A stretch of 64,000 bases of DNA from Christensenellaceae bacterium (GCA_045587465.1 JAZNCJ010000002.1:4945-68944), one strand, 5' to 3'. Shown: positions 1 to 9,640, counted from the first letter of the stretch. Notes: generated by a model not told the origin, from the sequence alone. A program made the numbers and translations.

Positions 1-633
1 GTTTCTTTCTAAAGAAATTGACGCACCATTATAAAGAGAGAAAAAGTTTTTATAGCCATAAACGTTATCTATGCCGACAAATCCGTTTTGAGCGACAATC
101 TCTATCGATATTTTAACCTTTTTTACACTACTATCATAACTAAGCGTTAAAAAAGTTTCTTGCCACAAGTCAAGGTGCGCTTCATCACTTACAACAGTTT
201 GACCTTGATGCGTGCCGATAAGCTCGCCCTTTTCATCAAAGTTTTTTATATTTAGCGTAAGAATGTCGTTTACGTTAGAAAAAATGAACTTTACGCCGAA
301 CAAATAATCATACTCGTTTTCTATTTCAATAAAGTCTTTGCTTTCAACAGTATACGAGCCACCTACAAACTGCCAATAATTATTTTTATTATAAGCGTTA
401 GTTGATATAACTTTTATTTTTTCAGGTTCAAAATCTCCATTTATAATCCAGTCTGTTGGGAAAGGTTTATCATACTCTTCACTAGTCATAATTTCAAAAC
501 TTGGATTTTTTATATCTACAAATATGCTAGTGCTTGCAAAGGCGTTTTTAGGCGTGACAAATGCGCTTGACAAAAAAACAAGCGTTAAAACAAATATTAA
601 GAGTAATGAAAAAATGCTTTTTCTCTTTGTCAT
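1..633 (-). CDS. secreted hypothetical protein, N-terminal 211 codons only (gene runs off the left edge)
   Basis: The minus-strand frame is open from ATG (633-631) to base 1. The N-terminus MTKRKSIFSLLLIFVLTLVFLSSAFVTPKNAFA reads as a Sec signal peptide. A purine-rich SD (AAAGGAAAGAAAGG) lies just upstream. It is absent from the ORF track because no stop lies in the window. Confidence 0.6.
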   Translation of the reverse strand, partial: MTKRKSIFSLLLIFVLTLVFLSSAFVTPKNAFASTSIFVDIKNPSFEIMTSEEYDKPFPTDWIINGDFEPEKIKVISTNAYNKNNYWQFVGGSYTVESKDFIEIENEYDYLFGVKFIFSNVNDILTLNIKNFDEKGELIGTHQGQTVVSDEAHLDLWQETFLTLSYDSSVKKVKISIEIVAQNGFVGIDNVYGYKNFFSLYNGASISLERN

Positions 634-708
634 TTGCCTTTCTTTCCTTTTAAGTCTTTTTAATATTATAACACAACTTATGATTAAAATAAATAATTTT
701 TTAAAATT

Positions 709-2004
709 TTATCCTTGCAGTTTTGTTTGGTCTGTAAGCTGACTGTCAATATTTCTTTGGCTAATTTTGCCTTCTGGATTGATTTCCCCTGCTTTAGTTA
801 GCGCAAGCTTTGTAAGGAACGGACCTACTATTTCATAGATAAGCACTGAGAAAAGCGTTAAATTTTGAACTATTGCACCTATCGTGCCACCTAGCTCAGC
901 TGCCATAATAGCCATACCTAAAGCAACACCTGCTTGTGGGAAAAGGGTTATTCCTAAATATTTAACGATATTTTTTTCACTTTTAGCAAACCTTGCACTC
1001 ATTGATGCGCCGTAATATTTTCCTAAACAACGGAAGATTATATATACTAAACCTATTAAAACAACTATTCCATCAGTTAAAACTAATAGGTTAAGCTCTG
1101 CGCCACTTATAACGAAAAACAATATAAAAATCGGAGCAGTCCACCTATCTAGCCTATCCATAAGTTGCTCTGAAAAATCACAGATGTTGCAAAAGATTGT
1201 TCCAAGCATCATACAAGTTAAAAGTGATGAGAATTTAAAGTGCACTTGACCTATTCTAAATTCCAACATTGAAATTGAAACAGTTAAAAGCACGAACGCA
1301 ACGCTCATTGCAAGTCTTTTTGAACGAGAGTGGAAAAACCTTTCAAAAAACGTAAACACGTATCCCATAAGTGCGCCTAAGCCGATGGATAAAACTACTT
1401 CTATTATAGGCTCAACAATGATTGCAAGAATACTAATCTGACCAGCTACTAGTGCTTTTGCAACGCCAAAGGAAACTGAAAATAGTACCAACCCCACAGC
1501 GTCATCAAGCGCAACTACAGGAAGCAAAACGTCCGTGACAGGGCCTTTGGCCTTATATTGCCTAACTACCATAAGCGTTGCCGCAGGTGCTGTTGCAGAT
1601 GCGATTGCACCCATAATAATTGCCGCTTCTAATGGGAACTCATTAGGAATTATAAAATGCAAACCTATAAGCGCAACGTCTACGACAAGCGTTGTAAAAA
1701 GCGCTTGGAATATGCCGATAATTGTGGCTTGTCTGCCGATTGATTTTAATTGAGAAAGTCTAAACTCGTTGCCGATTGCAAATGCGATAAAGCCTAGTGC
1801 TACTTTTGGAATAAGTTCCATCGTCACTATCATTTCTTTATCAAAGCCTAAGCCACCAACGCCAAGCTTACCTAAGCAAAACGGTCCGATTAAAATACCT
1901 GCAACTAAATACGCCGTGACGGCAGGAAGCCCAAAGAGTTTTGCAACTCTTGAAAGCATAAGCCCTGCAAATAATGCTATTGCTAAACATAAAAGTATTT
2001 CCAT
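709..2004 (-). CDS. cation:proton antiporter (Na+/H+ exchanger-type membrane protein)
   Basis: Polytopic membrane protein. The N-terminus MEILLCLAIALFAGLMLSRVAKLFGLPAVTAYLVAGILIGP is typical of CPA-family antiporters. I placed the start at ATG 2004 (GAAGGAAAC SD) rather than the TTG at 2034, which sits inside a terminator hairpin. Confidence 0.8.
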   Translation of the reverse strand: MEILLCLAIALFAGLMLSRVAKLFGLPAVTAYLVAGILIGPFCLGKLGVGGLGFDKEMIVTMELIPKVALGFIAFAIGNEFRLSQLKSIGRQATIIGIFQALFTTLVVDVALIGLHFIIPNEFPLEAAIIMGAIASATAPAATLMVVRQYKAKGPVTDVLLPVVALDDAVGLVLFSVSFGVAKALVAGQISILAIIVEPIIEVVLSIGLGALMGYVFTFFERFFHSRSKRLAMSVAFVLLTVSISMLEFRIGQVHFKFSSLLTCMMLGTIFCNICDFSEQLMDRLDRWTAPIFILFFVISGAELNLLVLTDGIVVLIGLVYIIFRCLGKYYGASMSARFAKSEKNIVKYLGITLFPQAGVALGMAIMAAELGGTIGAIVQNLTLFSVLIYEIVGPFLTKLALTKAGEINPEGKISQRNIDSQLTDQTKLQG

Positions 2005-2023
2005 AACTGTTTCCTTCTTTGCA

Positions 2024-2048
2024 TCAAAAAACAAGGGAAGCTCCCTTG
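2024..2048 (-). terminator. intrinsic terminator after the ceramidase-like gene
   Basis: Hairpin CAAGGGA-gc-TCCCTTG (2032-2048), followed on the minus strand by a U-run (A-run 2025-2031 on plus). Confidence 0.6.
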
Positions 2049-2084
2049 CTCTTTGATAAATATTTATTTCTGTGTATTATATTA

Positions 2085-3440
2085 TTATTTTCTTAAATCT
2101 GCTAACATTTCCTTGCCATAAGCAATAATCTTTTCAGCAACGCCAGCTTTGAAGTTTGAAACCCTTGCTTCATAACCGCCCTCATCATAAGAGTCTTGCA
2201 TTGGGAAATAACCTTCGTGGCTGTTTACTAAACAACAAGGTACAACCATATCATAGCCTTCGGTTTGTTTTAATGCACTGCCTATTCCGTTAAATGGTTC
2301 GCCTGGTATGCCAAGTAGCGCAACCTTACCGATTGAAACTGCACTGAGTAAGAATGGGAAACTTTCAGGACCGTTTTCAAGTCTAACCATTCTTGCAGCT
2401 TCGCATACAACGGTTGTAAGCATCATTGCCTTATAAGGAATTTCTTCATCCTTACCAGCCAAATGAAGTTCGTGATATTTTCTTGCAAGTGGCATATCCT
2501 TTGGGTCTGGAACGTTTGCTGGAATATCATATACCCTTTGCAAACATTTAATCTCAGTGTCGTCAGTATAGTTTACTTTATCATAAACTTGCATAACTGC
2601 ACCTGCAATAACCCTACCCATATGTCTTGCGTGGCCATATCCACGTGAGCATCCGTCAAAGTCGTTGAACATATCGTTAAAGTCACCACTAGTAGGGTGA
2701 ACGTTAACGTGGTTTACGTCACCTTCTGCCCCGTTAAAGAATATACACTTTGTGTTATCGATTGCTTTTTCAACAAAACGCCTTGTAAAACCTGGCCAAT
2801 CTGCAGAAATTTTGCATCCACCAACAGTGTCTGGGTGGCAACCAAAGTTTGCTAAAACGATTGTTTCAGCACCTTCTCTATCAAAACGAATAACGCTAAC
2901 GCTATCATCAGTTTCACCGATTGGGTGGAGTATATCTGGATTAAGAACGCCTGGGTTTGTTTTTACAGTGCCATCTTTCATGCGGTATCTTCTAATAAAA
3001 GCAATGTTTGGGGCTTTTGCAACGCCATAACCCATTTTTGCTGGTTTTAAATCAGCAAGCGCAAAACTTGCCACGTCAACGCATCTCTTTATAACGAAAT
3101 CCTTATAATCTTCAACCATTTTTAATTCTTCTTCACCTCTAACAGGTCTTAATGCTGGGCCTGTGTGAGTGTGCGTGCTGTGAATAAAGAGTTCTTCTCT
3201 CTTTAAGCCAACTTGTTCGCAAATGGTATTTTTAAATTCTTCATAATATGTTTTTGCTATGCCTATATTATCAACAGAAAGCATAACTACCTTTTTGTTT
3301 CCATCGTCAAGGGCAATTGCATTTATTTCTAATTCATCTAAAACGCCATCAGCATATCTTTGTACAGCATAACCTGCAACGAATATACCCATTGGTGGAG
3401 TGATATTAACTCTACCAAAACCAACTTTCAAATTTGCCAT
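2085..3440 (-). CDS. neutral/alkaline ceramidase-like domain protein, cytoplasmic (paralog 1)
   Basis: Motifs: N-terminal VGFGRVNITPPMGIFVAGY, HSTHTHTGPA, NFGCHPDTVGG, FFNGAEGDVNH. No signal peptide. The start is set at ATG 3440 (MANLK), preceded by GGAGAAG. Confidence 0.6.
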   Translation of the reverse strand: MANLKVGFGRVNITPPMGIFVAGYAVQRYADGVLDELEINAIALDDGNKKVVMLSVDNIGIAKTYYEEFKNTICEQVGLKREELFIHSTHTHTGPALRPVRGEEELKMVEDYKDFVIKRCVDVASFALADLKPAKMGYGVAKAPNIAFIRRYRMKDGTVKTNPGVLNPDILHPIGETDDSVSVIRFDREGAETIVLANFGCHPDTVGGCKISADWPGFTRRFVEKAIDNTKCIFFNGAEGDVNHVNVHPTSGDFNDMFNDFDGCSRGYGHARHMGRVIAGAVMQVYDKVNYTDDTEIKCLQRVYDIPANVPDPKDMPLARKYHELHLAGKDEEIPYKAMMLTTVVCEAARMVRLENGPESFPFLLSAVSIGKVALLGIPGEPFNGIGSALKQTEGYDMVVPCCLVNSHEGYFPMQDSYDEGGYEARVSNFKAGVAEKIIAYGKEMLADLRK

Positions 3441-3548
3441 TTTTATCTTCTCCATATGCATATTTCAATATGATTTTAGCACAATTATTTTTTTATAGCA
3501 ATTATTTACACATTGTTATATAAAAAATTACTAAATTTTTTAGTCTAA

Positions 3549-4616
3549 TTATAGTGGCAATTTTACAGTGAACTTTGTCTTATCATTTTCACTAAAAACA
3601 GACACGCTTCCACTGTGAAGTTCAATTATTTTTTTAACTATCGCAAGCCCTACGCCATGGCCACTTCCACAACTGTCTACCCTATAAAATTTTTCAAAAA
3701 TCTTTTGATAATCAGTGTTTTTGACCACCTTGCCACCATTTGTTATGGTGAACACAAGGCTTTCTTGTTCTTTGAATAAATTTATTTCCACTAAACCACC
3801 AACGTTTGAAAACTTAATCGCATTATCGACAAGGTTTATCCAAACTTGCTTTAACATTTCCTCGTTTGCAGTTATCTCGTGTTCTTGAATTGATATTGAA
3901 AATTCAATATTTTTTTGTTGCCATTTCTTTTCTAAAAGTAATATGCTATTTCTTATTTGTTCGGATAAGTTAAACGTTGTTTTATCACTTAAAATCCTTT
4001 GGTCTTCTATCTTTGATAAGTTTAATGAATTTGTGGATAATGACGTCAACCTATTTGCTTCTTCAATTATAACGTCTAAATATTCCCCTCGTTGTTCTTC
4101 TGTCAAGTCTTTTTGTTTTAATAGTTCAGCAAAACCTTTAATAGATACTATTGGCGTTTTGAACTCGTGCGCATACTCGTTTACAAAATTTGACCGTAGC
4201 ATTTGCGTACCCTTTAATTCTTGGGCAAGATTATTAAATCCGTCAGCTAATTGCTTGGATTCTTCATTTTTGCCAAGGTCGATTCTAACGTCAAAATTGC
4301 CTTTTGCAAGTGCGCCCATACCTTCTGCAACCGTGTTTACTGCACCCAGCACAAACTTGCTTACGATTATAGTTAAAATCGAGCCAACGACAAAACTTGC
4401 AACAAAAAATATGAGCATAAGTAGCCACGTTGGCAAAGATAACATCTCAATGTGTAAAACGTCTAGTTTTACTAAAATGAAAAGCGTTGATAGTATTAAT
4501 AGATAAGTGACTATTAATATTAAAAACACCGTCCACATAAAAATAGAGTGAATTCTTCTGCGTCTTTTTTTATCGGCAACGTCTTTTGAACTTTCTTTTA
4601 AATAGCTTAGTTTCAT
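3549..4616 (-). CDS. sensor histidine kinase (2 TM, HAMP, HisKA, HATPase)
   Basis: H-box YAHEFKTPI, N-box NLVDNAIKFS, G-box GSGHGVGLAIVKKI. It overlaps the response-regulator gene by 4 nt. Confidence 0.9.
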   Translation of the reverse strand: MKLSYLKESSKDVADKKRRRRIHSIFMWTVFLILIVTYLLILSTLFILVKLDVLHIEMLSLPTWLLMLIFFVASFVVGSILTIIVSKFVLGAVNTVAEGMGALAKGNFDVRIDLGKNEESKQLADGFNNLAQELKGTQMLRSNFVNEYAHEFKTPIVSIKGFAELLKQKDLTEEQRGEYLDVIIEEANRLTSLSTNSLNLSKIEDQRILSDKTTFNLSEQIRNSILLLEKKWQQKNIEFSISIQEHEITANEEMLKQVWINLVDNAIKFSNVGGLVEINLFKEQESLVFTITNGGKVVKNTDYQKIFEKFYRVDSCGSGHGVGLAIVKKIIELHSGSVSVFSENDKTKFTVKLPL

Positions 4617-5287
4617 TTTCCTTTTACCGCCTTATAGCCTAAACCTCTTATCGACTGAATTTCAAATTCCTTCCAGCCTTCAAAACGTTTTCTAAGTCTT
4701 GCAATATGCACGGTGACCGTTTCCCAACCCGTGTCGCAGTCCATACCCCAAATTTCATCCATAAGTTGAATTCTTGTAAATATTTTGTCTGGATAAGAAA
4801 GCAGTTTGAAAAGCAATAAAAACTCTTTTTGTGGAAGCTCTTGTATTTGGCCGTTTTTTGCAACCGTCATACTATCGCTATCGATTACAACGTCGCCTAT
4901 AACGATTTTTCGCTCGTCGTTTATTTTTGCACGGCGAAGCAGAGCTTTTACGTGCAAAATAAATTCTTCAATATCGATAGGCTTTGTCATATAATCGTCT
5001 ATGCCAACCATAAACGCTTTTTTCCTGTCTTCAACAAGCTGTTTTGCAGAAATCATTAAAACCGATAAATCGTTGTTTCCTTCTCTTAAAGTTTTTGTAA
5101 ACTCATATCCGTCGATATTTGGCATCATTATATCAACTACAACTAAGTTGATTTTTACTTGGTCGATTAGTTTTAATGCTTCTAACCCATCGCTTGCTAA
5201 ATGCACGTTGTAGCCCTGCCTTTCAAGCACGACCTTAAGAAGTTTTCTAATGTTTTTATCATCGTCTACAATTAAAATATTAACCAT
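4613..5287 (-). CDS. OmpR-family response regulator
   Basis: Receiver domain (ILIVDDD ... VVDIMMP) plus a winged-helix output domain (TVHIARLRKRF). Confidence 0.9.
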   Translation of the reverse strand: MVNILIVDDDKNIRKLLKVVLERQGYNVHLASDGLEALKLIDQVKINLVVVDIMMPNIDGYEFTKTLREGNNDLSVLMISAKQLVEDRKKAFMVGIDDYMTKPIDIEEFILHVKALLRRAKINDERKIVIGDVVIDSDSMTVAKNGQIQELPQKEFLLLFKLLSYPDKIFTRIQLMDEIWGMDCDTGWETVTVHIARLRKRFEGWKEFEIQSIRGLGYKAVKGK

Positions 5288-5315
5288 CTTTTGCCACCTT
5301 TATATGTTTAGATAT

Positions 5316-5344
5316 ATTTTATCACTATGCAACTTTTTAGTCAA
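5316..5344 (-). promoter_or_regulatory. sigma-A type promoter of the two-component operon
   Basis: Minus strand reads TTGACT, 17 nt, TAAAAT. An AAAGGTGG SD precedes the ATG at 5287. Confidence 0.45.
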
Positions 5345-5351
5345 GGTTTTA

Positions 5352-5392
5352 TAAAAAATGATAGCGCTCAAGTTGAGTGCTATCATTTTTGA
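5352..5392. terminator. bidirectional intrinsic terminator after mgtC
   Basis: About 12-bp stem GATAGCGCTCAA/TTGAGTGCTATC, flanked by A-run and T-run. Confidence 0.7.
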
Positions 5393-5409
5393 TTTTTTTT
5401 AGTTTTTTC

Positions 5410-6096
5410 TTATTCATCATCTTGAAATGAGATTGAAATAACATTTTGGTTTTCTTTTATCATACTGTGAACATCGCTGGCAGTTATTTGCTTTTCCGTG
5501 CTTACAACCACGTTAAACACAATGTCCTCTCCCTCTTTTTTCACGCTTATTTTACTAAAACGCTTCACGCCAAATATTTCTTTTACTTTTTGGCTTTCTT
5601 CGCCGTCGTTATCAATAAAAACAACCTTAATTTCTATAATGCTATTGTTATGAAAGACCTTAAATTTTGTGTGCATAAAAAATTGTATAAAGAAAATTAA
5701 TGCCGTTGCAATAAGCGAAACTATATACCAGCCTGCCCCAACAGCCATGCCGATAGCAGCAGTTGTCCATACCCCTGCGGCAGTTGTTAAGCCGTGGACT
5801 GCTTGCCTGCGATAAAAAATCATACCTGCACCAATAAAACCTATGCCAGGCACTATTTGAGCAGCAATTCTCGCTGGGTCAGAACCAGCAAATGCACCCA
5901 CTGATAAAAGGGTAAATAATGAAGCACCTAAACATACTATGGTGTGCGTTCTTGGACCTGCTTCTTTTAATCTCATCTTTCGTTCTAAGCCTATCAAAAA
6001 GCCTAAAGTAAGTGCAAGAATAAGTCTTATAATATGCTCGATTACAGCTAGATTTCCACTAAAAACTTTACTAAAAAATTGGGCTATTATATCCAT
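5410..6096 (-). CDS. mgtC: MgtC/SapB family membrane protein with soluble C-terminal domain
   Basis: GLERKMRLKEAGPRTHTIVCLGASLFT is the MgtC signature. The start is set at ATG 6096, behind AAGAGGAAA. Confidence 0.8.
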   Translation of the reverse strand: MDIIAQFFSKVFSGNLAVIEHIIRLILALTLGFLIGLERKMRLKEAGPRTHTIVCLGASLFTLLSVGAFAGSDPARIAAQIVPGIGFIGAGMIFYRRQAVHGLTTAAGVWTTAAIGMAVGAGWYIVSLIATALIFFIQFFMHTKFKVFHNNSIIEIKVVFIDNDGEESQKVKEIFGVKRFSKISVKKEGEDIVFNVVVSTEKQITASDVHSMIKENQNVISISFQDDE

Positions 6097-6196
6097 AAGT
6101 TTCCTCTTAATAATTTTAATTATTTTGTTTATTATATGGGCATATATTAACTTTGTCAATAGTTTTTTATAAATTTATTTTGTTATTTATTGTAAA

Positions 6197-6226
6197 AATA
6201 AAAAAAGAGCAAGATTTTTGCCCTTT
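6197..6226 (-). terminator. intrinsic terminator after the acyltransferase gene
   Basis: Minus strand AGGGCAA-aaatc-TTGCTCT followed by a U-run. Confidence 0.5.
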
Positions 6227-6246
6227 TTGTTATGTTTAAAATTGTT

Positions 6247-6978
6247 TTAAGCAGATTGTTTTTGGCTTTTATATTCGCTAACGTCCATAGTGCCAAGCTC
6301 GTTGCATCTATTTAGTAAATATTCAATTGCCTTTTCTTTTGTTTGATATTTATTCATTAACTCTGAATATTGTATCGGCTTATCAAAAACAAATTCTTTT
6401 TGTTCTTTTCTAAAGTATGAAACAACGATTGGAATATCAACTTTTCTTTTATAGCACGCTTCGGCAAACACCATAAAGCCTGCATAAAAGCCTTCTAGCG
6501 TTGCTAAATATCCCTTAGAAGAGTCTTCTGGATATACGACAATGTTTTGTTTGTTTTGTATAGCCGAAAAACTTTCTTTTATCGTGCTGAAAAATCTAAC
6601 GTCTTTATAGGTTGAAATTAAGTTTAAGCCCTTATAAAATAGATTTGTTAGTGGACTTGCAATCAAACAAAATAGCCTTGCCAAATGCAAGTTCCAATGC
6701 TTTTTTTGGTGATAATAAACTCTAGTTTGATATTTATACATTTTTATTAAACCAGAATTCATCTCGTGTGCGCCCCACATTCTAACAGGCTTGTCTAAAT
6801 ACATTTCAAGCGACATAGGTGCATCGGTGCCTTCGTGATTGCTAATAATAAGCGAGCCGTCTTCAAAAGGCTTGCCATCTAGATAAACAAATTCCGGCGC
6901 TTTATAACGACATTGCATAAGCGTTTTTAAGCCCCTAAACCACCATTTACCCCTTTTAACTAATTTTTTCTTTGACAT
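6247..6978 (-). CDS. putative lysophospholipid/glycerolipid acyltransferase-like protein
   Basis: SNHEGTDAP (near-HX4D) and VVYPEDSS (FPEG-like) motifs. The assignment is tentative. Confidence 0.45.
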   Translation of the reverse strand: MSKKKLVKRGKWWFRGLKTLMQCRYKAPEFVYLDGKPFEDGSLIISNHEGTDAPMSLEMYLDKPVRMWGAHEMNSGLIKMYKYQTRVYYHQKKHWNLHLARLFCLIASPLTNLFYKGLNLISTYKDVRFFSTIKESFSAIQNKQNIVVYPEDSSKGYLATLEGFYAGFMVFAEACYKRKVDIPIVVSYFRKEQKEFVFDKPIQYSELMNKYQTKEKAIEYLLNRCNELGTMDVSEYKSQKQSA

Positions 6979-7042
6979 AATTTTCCCTTTATAATAAATT
7001 ATATATTAATATTAACAGACAAATATTAAATAAAACTAAATA

Positions 7043-7993
7043 TTATAACACTTTTGACAAAAATTCTTTTAGTCTTTCATCTTTAGGGTTTTCAAAGAAT
7101 TCTTTTGGTGAATTTTCTTCTTTTATAACGCCGTCGTCAATAAATAAAACTCTCGATGCAACTTCTTTTGCAAAGCCCATTTCGTGCGTGACTATAACCA
7201 TAGTCATACCTTCGTTCGCAAGTTCTTTAATTAGCGATAATACTTCGCCAACCATTTCTGGGTCAAGTGCGCTAGTTGGCTCGTCAAATAAAATCACTTT
7301 TGGATTCATAGCTAGTGCCCTGATAATTGCAATTCTTTGTTTTTGACCACCAGATAATGTTGATGGATATGCGTTTGCCTTGTCTTCTAAGCCTATTCTT
7401 TTAAGAAGCTCCATGGCTTTTTGGTTAGCATCATCTTTGCTCATTATCTTAAGCTTTACTGGTGCTAACGTTAAGTTTTCCAAAACAGTTAGGTTATTAA
7501 ATAAATTAAAGTGTTGAAAAACCATGCCAACTTCACGCCTTGCTAAGTTTATATCAATTTTGTTTTCTTTTTGCAAGGTCTTGATAGCACTACTATATTC
7601 TTTTCCCTCATGCTTTTTAAGTAAGTCGTTCTTTTTGATTAAATCAATCGCCTTAGCATCTAAACTCTCTTCGTCAATTTCAGGCTGGCTTTGTTTAATT
7701 TCAACACGAGTTTTTGCGTACGTCTTTGAAAGCCTAATTATATCAAAGTGTAAGTATGGGTCAATGGGCGTTAAAAGATTATCTTCAAACCAAATTTCGC
7801 CAAAAGTTGGCTCTTCAAGCAAGTTCATACAGCGAAGTATGGTAGATTTTCCCGAACCTGATGGCCCAACGATTGCAACTTTATCACCTTTTTTAATTTG
7901 ACAAGACACGCCTTTTAAAACTTGGTGTTTCCCAAAAAACTTATATAAGTTATCAACCGAAATAATAACGTCATCCAATATTTTATCTTTCAT
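7043..7993 (-). CDS. amino-acid ABC transporter ATP-binding protein with internal insertion
   Basis: Walker [11 protein letters not shown]-loop MVFQHFNLF, signature LSGGQKQR, Walker [12 protein letters not shown]. About 65-70 extra residues lie between Walker A and the Q-loop. Confidence 0.9.
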   Translation of the reverse strand: MKDKILDDVIISVDNLYKFFGKHQVLKGVSCQIKKGDKVAIVGPSGSGKSTILRCMNLLEEPTFGEIWFEDNLLTPIDPYLHFDIIRLSKTYAKTRVEIKQSQPEIDEESLDAKAIDLIKKNDLLKKHEGKEYSSAIKTLQKENKIDINLARREVGMVFQHFNLFNNLTVLENLTLAPVKLKIMSKDDANQKAMELLKRIGLEDKANAYPSTLSGGQKQRIAIIRALAMNPKVILFDEPTSALDPEMVGEVLSLIKELANEGMTMVIVTHEMGFAKEVASRVLFIDDGVIKEENSPKEFFENPKDERLKEFLSKVL

Positions 7994-8675
7994 TTCGCCT
8001 CAACCTCTTTTCTATAAGTTTAATAAGCAGGGTTATCAACAAAACGATTAAAAGGTACACCAACGCAAGAGTGATATAAAATGTAAAAAAGTCTGATGAC
8101 GAGCCTGCGTAGTCTTGAAAAACCTTTGTCACATCCATTATTGCAATAAAGGTCACTATAGAAGTTTCTTTTATTAATGAAATAAATTCATTGCCAAGTG
8201 TTGGAATAATGTTTTTAATTGCTTGTGGCAACACAACCGAAAGCATACCCTGTCTAAAATTTAATCCAACACTTCTTGCTGCTTCCATTTGTCCTTTGTC
8301 AACCGACATAATACCAGCACGCATTATTTCTGAAACATATGCACCACTATTTAAGCCGAAAGTCACGATAGCACAAGGAATCTGTGGAAAACTTACGCCA
8401 AACAACATCGGAAGCGCAAAATAGAAAATCAATAATTGAACTGCTATAGGCGTTCCCCTAAATAAAGCAACATATGTATTACAGATTGCGTTTAAAACCT
8501 TAGTAAACTTATTGTTTATTGGAAGTAGCTTTATAACGGCAATTAAGGTACCAATAATGATACCTATAATCAAACCGAAAACTGCTATTTCAACGGTGGC
8601 AATTAATCCATCTATTAAGTCTTCGTAGCCTTTATAATCAATAAAATATTTTTTTAATATTTCAAAATCAAACAT
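7983..8675 (-). CDS. amino-acid ABC transporter permease (His/Glu/Gln/Arg/opine family)
   Basis: Five-TM permease with an EAA-like loop ([14 protein letters not shown]). Confidence 0.9.
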   Translation of the reverse strand: MFDFEILKKYFIDYKGYEDLIDGLIATVEIAVFGLIIGIIIGTLIAVIKLLPINNKFTKVLNAICNTYVALFRGTPIAVQLLIFYFALPMLFGVSFPQIPCAIVTFGLNSGAYVSEIMRAGIMSVDKGQMEAARSVGLNFRQGMLSVVLPQAIKNIIPTLGNEFISLIKETSIVTFIAIMDVTKVFQDYAGSSSDFFTFYITLALVYLLIVLLITLLIKLIEKRLRRNER

Positions 8676-8676
8676 A

Positions 8677-9585
8677 TTATTTATTTATTTGCTTTGCAAT
8701 TTGTTGTGCTGGCAACTTGTCTAAAATAACCATATCAATATTGCCATTTGCCAAATCTTGCACTGCTAATGAACCGTTTGTATAACCTCTAACTATTGTA
8801 TCAGCGTCAAAACCATTATATTCAAACGCCTCGTTTCCCTTTGCAAAGTTATAACCTGTCGTTCCGTTTTGTGCGCCGATTTTTGGTGCGTTTAATGAAT
8901 TGATTTTATCAATAACAGCTAGAGTTTTTTCTTCTGAATTCATTTGTGAATTTAAGATTTCATCAAATGTAGTGTCACCAACTTTAACAATCAAAACTTG
9001 CGTAGCATCAATATATGGGTCAGAGAAATTCATTTTTTCTAAACGGTCTTCGTTTACAGTTAAACCTGCCATTGCAACAACGTTTGGATTTGTTTGTGGA
9101 AAAATTTCTGCAGCTTCAAAACTCATATTATAAACTACAAGAGTTTTGTTCATCTTGTTAGCAATTTCTTTTGCAAACTCAATATCCAAGCCAACGAATA
9201 AGCTACCTATCTTGTTTTCAAATGGTGGGAAATCTGCGCTTGTCGCAATTGCAAAGTGAGTTGCTGGATTTAGATTTTCCAAGCTAATATCTTCTCCTGT
9301 CAACACGTCTATTGCATAGTCGCCTTCTTTTGAGCTATAATCTTCAGCTGTGTATTTAGCGTAGATTGTTTGATACGTGCCGTCTTCTTTTAACGCTCTC
9401 ATCGCTGCGTTAATTTCATCAAGCAAAACTGTGTTTGACTTGTTTACTGCAATTGCATATTGTTCATTAGTCAATTCTACTTCTAGTACTTTAACTACTG
9501 GGCCTTTATCTTCTTTACAAGCCGTGAAAGAAATGCACGCAAAGCACATAACAACTGCAAGTAAAAGTGTAAATAATTTTTTCAT
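8677..9585 (-). CDS. amino-acid ABC substrate-binding lipoprotein, apparently circularly permuted
   Basis: Lipobox ISFTAC. Residues ~35-85 match the usual C-terminal end of GlnH-like binding proteins, and the canonical N-terminal segment follows them. Confidence 0.85.
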   Translation of the reverse strand: MKKLFTLLLAVVMCFACISFTACKEDKGPVVKVLEVELTNEQYAIAVNKSNTVLLDEINAAMRALKEDGTYQTIYAKYTAEDYSSKEGDYAIDVLTGEDISLENLNPATHFAIATSADFPPFENKIGSLFVGLDIEFAKEIANKMNKTLVVYNMSFEAAEIFPQTNPNVVAMAGLTVNEDRLEKMNFSDPYIDATQVLIVKVGDTTFDEILNSQMNSEEKTLAVIDKINSLNAPKIGAQNGTTGYNFAKGNEAFEYNGFDADTIVRGYTNGSLAVQDLANGNIDMVILDKLPAQQIAKQINK

Positions 9586-9611
9586 AGTTTTTCTCCTAAA
9601 TATTTTTAATT

Positions 9612-9640
9612 ATTATATAATTAAAATAGTTAAAAGTCAA
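9612..9640 (-). promoter_or_regulatory. sigma-A type promoter of the ABC operon
   Basis: Minus strand TTGACT, 17 nt, TATAAT. A GGAGAAAA SD precedes the ATG at 9585. Confidence 0.5.

Noticed and set aside
7043-7993. Alternative (Mollicutes-type) genetic code, prompted by the Mycoplasma-like inserted ABC ATPase
   Set aside because: TGA clearly functions as a stop at the uvrB/uvrA and dxr/rseP ATGA junctions, and all long genes are intact under the standard bacterial code.
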